Below are positions 1-13,650 of a DNA stretch of 64,000 bases, one piece after another. The notes under the pieces are model-generated. The model made no database searches, had not been told where the DNA came from, and was given only the letters and a program-made list of their open reading frames with translations. The position numbers and the translations under genes are program-made. Position 1 is the stretch's first letter. Each line of letters begins with the position of its first letter. Location of the stretch: contig OZ316895.1 of assembly GCA_973895155.1 (NCBI GenBank), positions 5,335,181 through 5,399,180 on the forward strand, read 5' to 3'. Source of the stretch: Marsupella aquatica (lineage: Eukaryota; Plantae; Marchantiophyta).

Positions 1-2606
1 TATTGACGATGTCCTCCTTTCTTGCAACAAGAGCAATGGATCCTTTTGCGATGGTCCATCAATCGTCTGCCGAAAAGGAGTACAACATGTACAGCTTTGC
101 AGTTCTGGACCATGAATACGTGAAGCAGGACGATGACCTTCTATCACATTGCTAGCATACAAGCCAAGCCAAGCTCTTCATTTGCATTGCTAAGAATACT
201 CAGACCATGAATGCCTTGCCTTCGTACGATAACATTGCTTACACTGACTAGAGAATCATAGAGATGACCAGCACACTCGGGCCCAAGAGGAAATCGGCTA
301 AGCAGGATGCCCACTCTAACAAGTATCTGTTGTTCTGGATTTGAACCACACTAGCTACGACAACCCCTCCAAAGAGCAGCTTCGATGTCATCAACATTAT
401 GTACACTCAAGGGATGGATCAAACACCATCTAAGCAGCACTTCCGTGGAAAATATTTAACCGGAAAATACCAGAAGACAGAAAACAACCTTCTTGCACTG
501 CTAAACCAAATAAGAATCTTACCTGAGTAGAATCTGCTGACGATGGCCGACTTGGTTTGCTCTCAGTTTCCCCCGTCAGGGGTGCACTCACAGTGCTACC
601 ACTAGGACTGGCTGAACTACCTCCAGCACCTCCGAAGCTGCCAAACGTCTCTTCGTTGCGGTCATCCATGTGCCTATCTTCACCATCCTCCCCGACATCT
701 TTCTCCCGTCTGATGACTGACGAGAATCTGCTTTCTTCATCCATTGCTTCAAGCTCTGGGGCAAGCCGTAGGCCTCGTTCCTGATTCATATCAACGTTAT
801 GAGTTCCAAAGTAGAGATCAATTTACGAAATGAACCCCACCGAAATAGTCTTTGACTGGAGTCAACAAGGATGTCTTCCATACCTCTGCTAAATGGAGGT
901 TTTTAGTTGCCGTCCCTTCGATCTCTCTTGCAATTCTGGAGGCCTCCCGTTCTCGTTCTCTCATCTGGGGTCCCCTCTCCAGCTTTGTGGTGTATATCTC
1001 TTCGTTGAACGTAGTTTCCACACCAAACAAAGCTTTATTGGTTTCGAACTGATCCCAACTCCTACGAGACAAATGTCCAGCAAATGAACACAGGTACAAT
1101 AAGTACAAGACTGTAAGTAGACCTCCCAGAAGCGTGCTCAGAAAGACATTCCACTGACCCAAGTGCCCCTAATCCAGAAACAAGTCAAAAACAAACCCTT
1201 AAGGTTCAAAACTCGAAGGGCCAAGGATCGGCATAGCTACTTGAAAGAGAAACCACATAATTCAACCACAGGTTACCTAACCATCATTTGCGACAGATGT
1301 ACGGCTTCCTTTTCGGCTTGTCTCAGTCTGCTCAGCATACTCTTAGGAGCCAATTCTAAACCGGTGACGAACACTCACTATCGAACGAATGGGTGCATTG
1401 AGGGGAAGTCTTGAGAATTGGAGAGAGGGCAAAGCATGTACAGAAGTATTGAATATGCAGAGTCAAGATTGATGCCGCGGCCCACAGAAACCAGAGGGGA
1501 CTGAGAAGAAACTATAGACGTTTACAAGGCCGTGCGTGTAATCCGTACCTGTTCCACGAACTTTGGAAAGTTGCCTCCAATCCAAGGGCTCTTGGAGCTT
1601 CATCGTCGGGTTTCCAGGGCTTCAGCTCCCGTTCACCGTCACGAAGCCGACCCTGTGATAAGACAGCATCTGTAACAATTTCTGCCCTGTTCTCTCGTGC
1701 CTTTCCGTTTGGCAATGCATCACCACTCAGGGAGACATCCTACAAAAACATACACAATATGGTCAGTCGCTGTCAGCCCATAGAATTCAACAGAACAATC
1801 CTCTTTAAATTTGAAATTCCAAAGTTTAACCTCTTAACATACAAACTGACCTTGGCAATTATTTGTACAAAGTCTTTAGCATGTATGACGAATGTTTTCT
1901 GTGGGGCCTTCCTTGCGGCTTCCTTCACAGCTTCGCTCTTCCCTCCCTTGACAGATCCGTCTCTGGTGAGACGAGCGTACTTTAGTACAACACCTGTGTA
2001 TCAACAACCAGAGCATAAACATAACAAGGTCCTGCTAGAGGAATGGTCGGCAGGGTGAGAGTTGAAGTCATTTATTCACTAATAATTGTCCATGTCTAGA
2101 AAGCAACCGGGAGGTTGACGAACATCTACAAGAGTTCCGTGCGCCACAAGAACCAGATTTACGTCGACTGGGATGGATGCCTGACCGAATTCTTTCTCAA
2201 TTTCCGCGGCGTGGAAAATTCCGCTATAAAACAGGCCATTCTTCACTTGAACCTCCACTGTCTGGCCAATAAGACACGTTGACAGGAATTTCAAGCGACC
2301 CCGAAGGTCTGCACCCGCCGACACATGCGTAGCAGCTGGCTCCAATCGCTCTCCAGAGTTTCTAATAATACCACTGGAAGCATTGTTGTTACCACTTAAG
2401 CCACTAAAGTGGCTAGGAGTGTGAGCTGATCCGGGAGCTGTCGTCGAGTTAGGGCCAGACCGAGAAGACGACTGGGACGATCGCCAATTCTGGGAATCAG
2501 AACGAAACCCCGTATCCCCCCGCGTGTTACCTACATCTCGATCAGCCCTGCGTCGACCAACTCCATTTGTAGCCGCCGGTCGCTGCTGAACCTGTGGCTG
2601 ACTCAT
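1..2606 (-). CDS. CID4: Ataxin-2-like / poly(A)-binding-protein-interacting protein (CID3/CID4 family; LSm + LsmAD domains), 3' part beyond the window
   Basis: Spliced by hand with GT-AG junctions and matching phases: 2606-2186, 1993-1851, 1739-1549, 1061-884, 780-523, 66-<1. Motifs TCLIGQTVEVQVKNGLFYSGIFH (LSm) and WDQFETNKALFGVETTFNEEIYTTKL...IAREIE...HLAEERG...DEESRFSSV (LsmAD). CID3 and CID4 cannot be told apart here. Confidence 0.92.
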
Positions 2607-4818
2607 TGCTCCCCTTGCAACCCACCACGTAGGGTTCCTTGTGGATCAGCCCGCTACGTATGCCTGCGCCTTGCCCTCTGCAACCTGCAAAATTGCAAGT
2701 AAAATCGGCAATGAATCCAGCAGTAGCTCCCCTCAGAATGAACATTAATCTCGCGGACCTTCAACGCAGGGTAAACTGCCCCTCCGAATTACGATACTCC
2801 ATATTCAACGAAAGGAAACTATCGATGATAACGGAGCCAACTCCCCAAACGAAGCACTGCATGCACTCGCTTTCGTTTTCGTTAATTGTGCTGAATGTCC
2901 TTCTAATGATAATTATTCAACTCGCGTTCACGACGGAACCTCTCTTGGTATAAAGAGCTCGGAGATAGAGTATTGCTCGTTAAGCGGTCCGGGCACACTT
3001 TTTTCACACACAGTAAGTGGACAGTCACCATTCCATCACTGGTCTAATTATTCCTCGGAGCAGATGTTTAGGCAACGTGAGTATGCAGTTTCAAGACGCC
3101 TTTCCTTCAATGCACGATGCAGTCGAAATGCTAACGAAGGACACACGGGTCAACACTCATTTCGTGAGAATTGTCGACAAGCCCTATCTAGAGTGACGCT
3201 TCGAGCCCTAACCAAGCTAACGTCGTAAGCATTCCCAACATGAAAATTTCAGATGACCCTACTTCTCATAGTAAAGTAGAGAGAATAGGGTAAGGTCACA
3301 CCCACCTGCAGAGTAGGCCACAGAACATGTGCTTCTGTTCAGAGAACCGTTTCTTGCTGCCGCTTGTTGGAGTACATGAGCCACGCTGGTAGAAGAAAGG
3401 GAAGGAGAGCACGATGAGGGAGAGAGAAGGGAGAGGAAGGGGAGAGGAGGGGTAGATAGAAATTTTGAAGAAAAAAAAAGATATCCAGAGAAGACACACA
3501 GAGAAGGAGCACACGATTGGACTTTGTGTTTTTGTGTCTGTGTAAACGAATCCAGCACGCGTTAATGACAACCGTCAGAGAGTTCCAAGCGGTACCAATC
3601 ACCGGCTGCCACCCCTGCCTGTCGTCGCGACAAGCACAAGCCCGCCACCACCACCTCCACCACCGCTACCCGAGGCAATGACGGCAACTCGCGATAACGC
3701 CCGCCCGCCGTGCAGCCGAGGCGACCTCCAAAATCCCTCACACATCAATTATCAAAACACGCTCCAACCCTCGACACACAACACCACCCGGCCCGACTCT
3801 TATCACACAGACCTCCACTGTCATCGTGCCCGGCACTCCCCTCGGACCAAAAAATTCGAGGAAAACCGCGACCGGAGTAAGACAGAAAAATGTGCAAAAA
3901 ACTCGGTACACTAGTACACACAACCAGAAACAACCACGCTACCGCGCTCTGCAAGGACCCAAGACGAACGAAAAAAGCTCGAAAAAAGATCGTGGAACCG
4001 GACCGGGTAGTGCAGCAATCAGAGGAAGGGGGAAGAGAGGGGAAGGAGAGGAGGAGGGGGAGAGGAGGAGAGAGAAGAGAAGAGGAGGGAAGAGAAGAGA
4101 AGAGAAGAGAAAGAGAAGACGGAGGGAAAGCTCGAGGTGCTGCGCAGACAAGCACCAACGAAAGGAAGGAAGCAAGGAAAGAACGAAGTGGGGAAGTCAA
4201 GTCCCTTTCCTCCTTTCTTCGTTCGTCTCTCGTCGTTCAGACAGAGGGCAGAGGGCAAGAGTGGCAGAGGACGAGGAGGACCAAGGACGGACGCAGTAGC
4301 GCCAGACTGCCGGACAGCAAAGAACACCCATACCCGCACCCTGTCCTGTCCTGGCCTGTCCTGTCCAGTCCAGACCTGGGCGGCAGGGGCCCGAGCCGGG
4401 GGTACAGACCAGACCGAGGACGCCGAGGCAGAGCGCCGAGGCACCCGTTTCACATCTACCGGATGACCCGGTCCACGTCGACCGGGTGACCGGGACCGCC
4501 GACGGGATTACCCGACCTCGACTAGACCCTGCACAACCGATGCAGCAGCACAACTCGTCGAACGAACGACCGAACCAGAGCGGGAGTTATACGGGGAGTG
4601 AGATAATGACGGTCACATGGGAGATGGCTCTTAGATTAGGGCCAACTTTTTACCATTTTGGATTTCTGGATGTATCATCCTTATGGGGTACTTATTTTGG
4701 TGGCCCATAGTAATAATTTTGTCCAGACAGTAAAAACACTTTATGTTGTGGCCCCTAAAAGCACATTATGTCGTGGGCTGTAAATGAGTTACAGCCCTGC
4801 TTTGACACCCTTATTAGG

Positions 4819-5530
4819 TACTGAAATGTACTCCCAGCTGGAAAGCATCCATCAAATCATAGCACAAATCTATCTAATAAAGACTGAGGAGGCAGAGGGA
4901 GAGCACTGAGGCTGCCATTCCTCATTGACCTGAGTCAAGGATGGAATTACCCAACCTGGACTGGACCATGCAACCAATGCAGCAGTGCATCACCGTTCCT
5001 TGTTAAACAAACAAATAAAGGAGCAAACTAACCAGAGTAGAAAGTTCCTTGTCAAACAAACAAATGAAGGAACAAACGAACCAGAGTAGAAATAATAGGG
5101 AGTAAGACTGTAGGTGTGCAAATAAGGGGCTGGCTCTACTGGGACGGTCACATGGGCAATGGCTCTGAGGCTGTACTGAAATGTACTCCCAGCTGATAAC
5201 CATCCTTCAAACCTAGCACAAATCTATCTGATACAGACTGAGTAGGCCCATGCATAGCACAAGGCTGCCATTCCACATAGGCCAGAGGACCCATTCCACA
5301 TCAAACGGATGACGGGGATCGAGGACGGAATGACCCAACCTGGACTGGACCCTGCAACCAAAGCAGCAGTGCAGCACTTGCCATGTCAAACCAACCAAAC
5401 CAACCAACCCAACCAGAAATATTATAGAGTAATAGTGTAGGTGCAACTCTGGGGCCCATTCTAGGACAATCACATGGGGGATAGCTCTTATGGTACTGAA
5501 TCTATTCCCAGCTGGAAACTATCAATAAAA
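4819..5530. repeat. Degenerate tandem repeat, ~320-355 bp unit, about 2 copies plus a partial third
   Basis: gtactgaaatgtactcccagctg...agcacaaatctatct...acccaacctggactggacc...gcagcagtgca recurs at ~4819 and ~5173; its start recurs at ~5493. Confidence 0.7.
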
Positions 5531-6388
5531 CCATAAGACAAGTAAGAAGTAACCACAAACCATAAGAAGTAAAGTGGAATCAAAAGCTAGAATAAGGACC
5601 TACAGAATATAGTGAGACCATGAATGGGGGCACAGCTGTGGTTGGAGGTGGAGCTGAAAACATGCATAATGGTACTCACCTTCTATATTATGAGCAAAGC
5701 TGGGGGCACTCAGGCAAGTAGGTGCAAATTATGACCAATTTGAGGATGTTCACATGCCCTCGTAGAATGAACCTGAACCATTCAATTGGAATGGATTTGC
5801 TGTTTGGGAGGACAGAAAAGAGGTGTCAAGGTTAGTGCTTAGCCCAGTTGCCAACATCTTGAAACCTATTTTAAGCAGCTTGCAGTCCTATAGTTTCCAG
5901 ACTTGATAGGAATCCAGAAAAAGTTAGTCTGGTGGAAAATTGATGATTTTATGTTCTTTCTCACAACCTGAATTGGATCTTGAGATGTGAAGCAGTTGTA
6001 GGAAACTCAAGCACGAAAGATGATGATTTGTTGTCATCAACTATATTTTGATTTAGAGGTGGTTTTCTAATCTTTAGTGTAAAATATGCTATGCAAGTCC
6101 ATTTTATGTCTGATACAGTCCATTGGCTGGCAAAGTTCATCCGAGCACATCAGTAAACTCAATGGTCCATCTGTGCATCATATTCCATCCTCTGAGTCTT
6201 GTCACAAATTTTTAGCTAAAATCGCCCACAGAATGCACTTCACAGGCTGCCCAGAGCATTATGTCGCACCATAATGCTTTAAACTTTGCTTAAGCATTGC
6301 TCTGGGTAAAGATCATCTAATTTACAAACAAAATTTTGGACAGGGCTTACAAGGTGTAAATCAGGGCCACATTTTATGACATTCACTT

Positions 6389-6805
6389 GGGGGATGGTAC
6401 TTAAAGCCCCACTGTACCCCAAGCAAAACCTGATTGATCCAGGTTACTCAAATAAACCAAAATAGTGTCCCCAAGCAAAACCTGATTGATCCAGGTTACT
6501 CAAATAAACCAAAATAGTGCTCTATATTATCCTCTCTGGACCTGGTGGACAGTGGTGGTTTGAGCACTAAAATGTACTCCCAGCTGGAAAGCCATCAAAC
6601 TATACTAAAAAATAGGTGGGGGATGGTACTTAAAGTGCCACATGCCACTTCCCCCCCCCCAAACAAAACCTGATGGCGCCAGGTTACTAAAATAAACCAA
6701 AGTAGTGCTCTATTTTATACTCCCCGGATCTGGTCGACAGTGGTGGTTTAAGCACTCAAATGTACTCCTAGCTGGAAAGCCATCAAACCATACTAAAATA
6801 GGTGC
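6389..6805. repeat. Tandem duplication (~190-230 bp) with an internal ~52 bp duplication
   Basis: ggggatggtacttaaag...aaaacctgat...ccaggttact...aaataaacc...cagtggtggttt...aaatgtactccc...gctggaaagccatcaaac occurs twice. aagcaaaacctgattgatccaggttactcaaataaaccaaaatagtg is duplicated at 6421 and 6473. Confidence 0.75.
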
Positions 6806-8477
6806 AAAGTAGGGCCACTTTAGCACATGCAATATGACTTTTAGCTACAAATGTACCCCAACATGGGAAGCACTAGAGATGCTTATGCCCACAAGATGGG
6901 AGGCAATAAATTGGATCCATCTCAATCTATGTCATCACCTAATTTCAGCCCAGGACCCCTGCTCGATTGGTTTTTGCTCGATTAGTTTTTCCAGCAGACC
7001 CATGCTCCTCAACTGTGAGATCATCACCCATGAGGTTATGAGCTAAGATGAAATAAGAAAAAAGACATAAATCATCAATACTAGTTGGATGAATTCTTCT
7101 TTTTTGTGGCCATCCAATTTTCAAATGAGCAGTGCATCAGTAAAAAACACTGGAACAGGTTGTGCTAGTGGGCGGGTGTACATACCCCCAGTGGATGCAA
7201 TTACTCGGGGCAAATCATTATATACATGACAACCAAACCCTCGTTGGTCTGTGCCAAACTGCAAGTTGAAGAACGATCATAGCTTCACTAATCTGTGCTA
7301 TCACCTATCAAGCTGCTAGGTCTGCCTTTGAAGAACAGCCATAGCTAAGTCATCTGTGGGTATCAACTATCAACCTGCCAGGTCAACTTGCTATGTAGGC
7401 CACGGATACAGCAGTTGAATCCCGTGAGGTGACAGCGAGATGAGTTCAGTTTTCTGCGATGGATCAACAGCCATCGCTCGAAAAAGAAAAGCCCATATTG
7501 AGGGCAAAACCGAGACGAGCCATAGGAATTCGGATCCTTACGCAGACGAAATTATGCAGCATCCAATTGACACTGGGCACGTAAGTTCCGTCTCACAACA
7601 AGCTGACTAGATCTCAAATTCTGCTGCCAACCAGCCATACTTCAAGGCCTAACTAGCTGTCTTTCCAGTGGAGAATATGATCACCTGTTGTGTAAGAAAT
7701 GGCTGCCAATTTCAAAGCCGACGGACAGGTGGAATTAATACAAAGCTGCTGTAATGTAGCAACACTTCGGCAGTCCCAGCTTCGTCATTTTTTCATTCAT
7801 AATTAAGACCGCTGAAGGAAGTGTCCATACAAACCAAAATCCAAGCCCAGCCCACAGTAACCGACCAATCTACATTAGTAGCTAGCCTCAATTCCAACCA
7901 TGAAATAAAGCAATCTGGGCTAAATGGGGTAAAGTGACGAAGATCGTTTTTAAGGTGAAGGCCCCGGAACTCCTGCTGGGCCATTCATCCGGTTCAAATG
8001 AATGGCTACAACACGGTTACAACACCCCCAGTGTAGAAATGCTCGGCCAATAATAATCAAAATGTAACAGCCTCGAGTCTGATATGAGGCTGATGCTGTT
8101 CGGCTAACGCGTGTATGACGCGAACTCGCAAATCTACCTGGATGCCCATTGAAGTGGATGGAACGACTTTCACCATTTCCTGTTCCAAAAGTTGGGCCTT
8201 CCGATTGAAATACATGATTATGAGACACCCACCTACTCCCATGGCAATGCGCTAAAGAAACCTGAAAAACTGACACCCTACCTTTGACAATCTGTGCCAA
8301 CTGACTACCATAAAAAATGATGCCGGAGGTGTTCCCTTCTTCATCTAAGAGTGGATGTGAACGACTACACGGTAATTAAAGCTAACCAAAGAAACCTCCA
8401 GTAACGAGTGACAAGTGACTCTGCTGAACGAACTCTTGTCATTCCTAAATGTATTCGGGTTGAAGCCACATTTTCAC

Positions 8478-10759
8478 TCACACCTGGGCTGTTCCTGCAG
8501 TGAATCCAGGGTCCTCGCATCTGTATCTCCCATCAGGCCCAATTCCAAATCCCCTGGGATCAGCGAACACGTTCTCCAGCAGCTGGCTGCGTACCGGAAG
8601 AGGACTCTCGTCAGCAAAGTCTACGGCTTCTTCGACAAGCTCGTCAATTTTGTTGTCAATTGCCTTCAAGTCAGCCTCAGTCGCCAGACCATTGTCCAGC
8701 ACGTACTTCTTAAATTGGATGATAGGATCTCTAGCTGCATAGTGAGCCTTCTCCGCTGTACAAGCCACAGCCAATGAGCCATGTCAATCAATCAAATGAC
8801 TTCAATAGAAAATGAAGGATACCAGACAAATGAAGCCACAAAAGAGGACAACACACAAGTCTCCGGTTAAATGGATTTTGACTCAGGACCACCAGCTTTC
8901 GCACTATCAATTAACCGTCACTTCACTCCCATTACTAGAATATAACGCCCATGAAGGAAATTAGAATATATTTGCAATTACAGACGTGCAACTGATGACG
9001 GTTAACTTATAATACATTAAGGAGATATAAGATGAGGTCAAACTAACCAGGGTTGCGCAGTTCATCGGGGTCGGCAAGGGAGTGCCCTCTGAACCTGTAA
9101 GTTTCGCATTCGACGAGAGTAGGTCCGTCCCCCCTTCGAGCTCTAGCAATGGCCTCCTTGGCCACCTCTCTCACCTTCAACACGTCCATACCATCCACAT
9201 GAATGCCGGGCATCCCAAAGGCAGGGCCCTTGGTGTGAATGTCAGGAACGGAAGTAGCTCTGATGTGCGACATTCCAATAGCCCACAGGTTGTTCTCCAC
9301 CACGAAGATAATCGGCAGCTTCCAGAGAGCCGCCATGTTAAGGCACTCGAAGAATTGACCGTTGTTGCAAGTACCATCACCAAAGAAGGCAACAGACACA
9401 CTGTCGGCATTGTCCTCCTTTAGCACCTCACGCCTGTACTTGGTGGTAAAGGCAGCACCTGTTGCAACGGGGATGCCTTCACCGATGAATGCAAATCCTC
9501 CAAGAAGGCCGTGCTCCTTCGAGAACATGTGCATTGATCCTCCCTGCCCCCTGCAGAGACCAGTGGCCTTGCCAAACAGCTCAGCCATGACAAGCTTGGG
9601 GGGAACACCCTTGCTAAGTGCATGGACATGATCTCTGTATGTGCTGGTTACAAAGTCGTCCTTCCTCAGCAGGTTAATGAAACCGGTAGACACGGCCTCC
9701 TGCCCATTGTAAAGATGCACAAACCCAAACATCTTTCCCCTGTAATACATCTGTGCACACATATCCTCGAAAGACCGTCCCAAAACCAAATCCTCGTAGA
9801 CACCCAGAGCCTCCTCCCGAGTTACGAGCTGCAGAATAGGGAGACAACCCAGACCATTATTGGAGAAAAATCCAGAGCAGCACAAACTCCTTGGTGAAAT
9901 ATGCACAAGTAATGATTAACCCACAGCAGCATGCAGAGCCTATATCCAACCAGTTTGCAGAAAATTGGTTAAACCCAATAATATGCGGAGCAGCAGTTTC
10001 ACCCATAATATGTAGAGAGACGGTTAACTCCAATAATATGCAGAGCATTCCTTACTAAACGTGATAAAAGTATCTCATGGCAGAGATAGGAGAAGTGGAC
10101 AATTACACTGAATGAGCAACAGGTAAGGAGGTCCACATGAATCTAAATATACATATATACATATATACGTGTATATATGTTCTGTGACCACATTTCAATG
10201 AAGACAGTAATCAAGTGCACTGGTGGCATGGGGATTTGCAAGAGTTTTGACTCGGCAAAGACATTATCTAGCATATGTCTGGGAAGTGCTGCTCATTTTA
10301 ATACAAGAAAATAGTCATGACGAGAACTGCACAACTGGTACAGAGGCGGGGATTTACATGAATCTTATGAGGAAAGTGTGTGGAGCCAACAATTTGGCCA
10401 TTAGACGTGCCGTCCGCAATCCACATTCTGTTGAAGAAGACCTATAAAGAACGGCAGAGACCGACAGATTGGACAGCCAAGAGCACCAAGCGACTTACAA
10501 GATTCTCCGCCTTGCTTTTAGGTTTCGCCGCAACCAACTCCGACGCAGACGCCATAACCTTCCCACCGGCCGCTGGCGTGCCCTTCTTCGCCATCATCAC
10601 CCTGCCCGAGCAAGATGACGACGTCGACACTTCCACCTTCTGTCCTAGGAACGCACATTTCAATGCAGCTCTCGAAGACCTCGTCCCGGAACTCACCACA
10701 GACGTAGCAGAGCTGCTCATCACTGTCGGCATCACCGCGCACGTCGCCATGGTCGCCAT
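8478..10759 (-). CDS. pdhA: Pyruvate dehydrogenase E1 alpha subunit, plastid-targeted
   Basis: Exons 10759-10499 (Ser/Ala-rich transit peptide), 9828-9048 and 8755-8478. Motifs [46 protein letters not shown] (TPP binding), [15 protein letters not shown], and the plastid-type C-terminus [14 protein letters not shown]. Confidence 0.97.
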
Positions 10760-11045
10760 GAGCTCTCACTAACAAACCTTTTCGATCGGCACCTCCCACC
10801 TTTCTCCAGAGCAATCCCGACCTTCACCTCCGCAGGTGCGCTATCGACCGTAGTTGCCACCAATGGCAGAAAATTTCCGTCGATTCACGATTATATGTTC
10901 GGTTCAGAGCTTCAATCAGGAATGGGTGCCCTTCTCTCTGCTGCCTGTCTGGCCTGCTCCCTCACTGACTCACCAGATCGAGATCGATCGAGCTCTGCAG
11001 AAGCAGCAGGAGCAGCAGAGAATGAATCGAGATCGATCAAGCTCT

Positions 11046-11130
11046 GCAGCAGCAGCAGCAGCAGCAGAGAACGAAGGAACTGAAACTCAACTGGACTGGA
11101 CTGAACTGAACTGAACTGAATCGAACTGAA
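11046..11130. repeat. (GCA)n and (CTGAA)n microsatellites in the 5' region of PDH E1 alpha
   Basis: gcagcagcagcagcagcagca, then ctgaactgaactgaactgaa, read directly. Confidence 0.85.
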
Positions 11131-11393
11131 GTCTGAGGGCAGAGGAGGGGCTCTTTCTTTGCAAAGAAGAAGGCGTCGCCGTTGTCATTGGGTCGTGCGG
11201 TGGTCGCCATGCAAATCCTTGGGAGGCCCGTCGGGCGCTCTGATTCCTCTGAAGAAACCGTCCGTCGCGCCTTGGGAGTCCCGCCGGCGATTGGGGGAAT
11301 CTTTTCATTCCCATGCGAGGACGATGGATTCTAATAATAAAACGAGTGCAGTGCTCTTTGGAAAATACGATCACAAACTGGCAAACAGCACCG

Positions 11394-11484
11394 ATTTTGC
11401 AGGGGTTTGGGAGGTGTTTTGCAGGGGTTTGGGAGGTGTCATGATAATTGGGAGGTGTCATGATAATTGGGAGGTGTCATGATA
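11394..11484. repeat. Short tandem repeats (23 bp x2; 19 bp x3)
   Basis: ttttgcaggggtttgggaggtgt x2, overlapping gggaggtgtcatgataa(tt) x3. Confidence 0.8.
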
Positions 11485-13345
11485 AGAGGGGTCTCAAATA
11501 TGGATCCATTTGCTCTTACATCAAAATATGTCAATGTAAGGTGTATGACATCACCCCATACCATGATGATACATGTAATGATTCCATTTAAATCAGGGTA
11601 TCATTTTTTGATTTGCAATTACCCCTATTTGGCTCTTCAGTGCGATAGGCACTTGATAGGGCTAGTGTGCAATGGGGATGAGTTTGACCAGTGACCAGAC
11701 TTTCTCAGTTCATTTAAATTTGTTCATGTAACAACCTGGACGTGGGGGGGGGGGGGGGGAGGAGGAGAGGGGGGGGGGGGTGGCCAGAGAGAAACTATTG
11801 ACTCCTGTGATCCAGTGACTTTAAGTGTGCAGGCTAGGCTCTGGGAGCACAGCACATTTCTTAAACCTGGACTGCCTAGAGACTGCCGATTTTAACACCA
11901 TGCTCGGGCTTTGTGTTTGAATATGGCACTATGATTAATGTTTAGGGTTGTGTTTGAGTTACTTCCTAATCTTGATGGCATTGAGCACAAAAGGTGCAAG
12001 TTCATAAATTAATATCAAAGCATAAGCAACATAAATAAAAAGCAGTTCATCACCTTCACATCCTGACAACAATGCTAGCAGCAAGTTCTGGAGCAATATT
12101 GCCCACACGTACTCAATTGAAATGGCACTTGACAACTCTACTTCCTTGTGCAAATAGTTACATCCATGTGCAAATGCATTAGAAATCAGATAAAAAGATC
12201 TTCTAAATCCTTATTCTATTTCGTCACAACAAATTTGGCCAGGGCTGAAATGGTCTGACAGCAATAGCCTCTCATTCTTGCTTACACGTACCCTAAATTC
12301 TATGCCTATCATTCCTGTTTACACCGTAAATTCATCACAATGCCTAAACTTGAACACAACATCAATATTCAAACACAATGCCACAATTTGAACATGACAC
12401 CGCAAGATTGAAAAAATCCAAAACAGAGTGTTGAAACTCAGACACAACGCCCTGGGCATACTATTCAAATATAACACCCAATGGCCCACTATTTGAATAT
12501 AGTGCCCTGGTGCTGTGTTTGGGGGAAGCCAGTGGGGGTTATGTGAAATACATTAATAACTTGACTCCTCAGGGTGGCTTTACAATGTATGGCCCATTGC
12601 TTTTTTTAATTACTTTGTACATTACTTTGTACATTACATCTAGACCTTCTTGTGTGTGGAAGCTGGGTACGTCCACTAATGGTATGGCTTCATAGGAGGT
12701 AAGGGCCATCGCTTATTTAAAATTTTCCCCAGTTCAAATCTGACTGTATAATGAATGGAAATGGGCTACAGTTGGCTTTACAAGAATTTGGTTCAGGTAT
12801 GATGTTTACCTATCTTACATAGCAAAGCAGCTGGCCCAAAGAAATGCTGATGTGGAGTATTTATTTGAAAAAATTAAACCACCTCTGGAGGTTGCCCAAC
12901 CATTTCCAAACTGTGGCTTTATGAGGAGTTTGGGGCCCATTGCTTTTTCTAATTTCTTATGAGGTGAAGCTTGGACGTTAAATTGAGTGAAAACAGCTCC
13001 AATTGGTTTTACAAGAAAGGGGGGGGGGGGGGGAGCATTCAGGTAGTGATGTGTACCAATGAGGGGCAAGAGTGGGCCCAAGTAAATGATGTGAAGTGTG
13101 TTGTTAGTTTACAATTTTAGACCACCCGTGAAAGTGGTCCAAATATTTCCTCCATTCAAGGAATTTATTTTTACTGAAATGATTTCAAAGATTTTTTGTC
13201 TAGAGTCTATGTGTGACTTTACAAGAAGTTGGAGGCCACTGATTTTTTTAATATCTCCAGGAGTAAATCTGGACCTTATGTTGAGTGGAAACGGCTGCAC
13301 TAGGCTAGACAAAAACTTGAAGGCCCATTTAGGTATCATACTACA

Positions 13346-13650
13346 CTAGCCCTATGCCCGTGCATTGCACGAAAGATGTTGAGATGATAAAAGATGTCGA
13401 GGAGATAAAAGATGTTAAGGAAAAAATAGATGTTGAGGCGAGCAAAATATGCAAGGTGATAAAAGATGTCAAAGTGATAAAAGATTTCAAGGAGAGAAAA
13501 GATGTTGAGGTGATAAACGATATCAAGGTGAGCAAAAGATGTTAAGGTGATAAAACTAAGATGTCCAAGGAAAGAAAAGATGTCGCTGAGGTGATAAAAG
13601 ATGCCAAGGAGAGAAGACATGTCAAGGTGATAAAAGATGTCAAGTAAAAG
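13346..13650 (-). mobile_element. Probable non-autonomous Helitron 3' end with an internal degenerate ~18 bp minisatellite (5' end not located)
   Basis: Minus strand reads cgtgcaatgcacg (hairpin, 13359-13371), ggcataggg, CTAG, t: the canonical Helitron 3' signature. On the plus strand it is followed by a (gag)gtgataaaagatgtc-type minisatellite at ~13372-13645. Confidence 0.55.

Noticed and set aside
3259-4553. Many overlapping 80-200 aa ORFs
   Set aside because: By-products of GA/CT-rich, GC-rich leader and promoter DNA of the ataxin-2-like gene. Low-complexity translations with no domain.
11744-11780. Long G runs (also 13019-13033; C runs near 6650 and 15562)
   Set aside because: Simple homopolymers that are error-prone in assemblies, with no evidence of function beyond G4 potential.
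12453-12510. Small imperfect inverted repeat (gggcatactattcaaata / tatttgaatatagtgccc)
   Set aside because: Too short, and no TSD was found to call a MITE or miRNA precursor.
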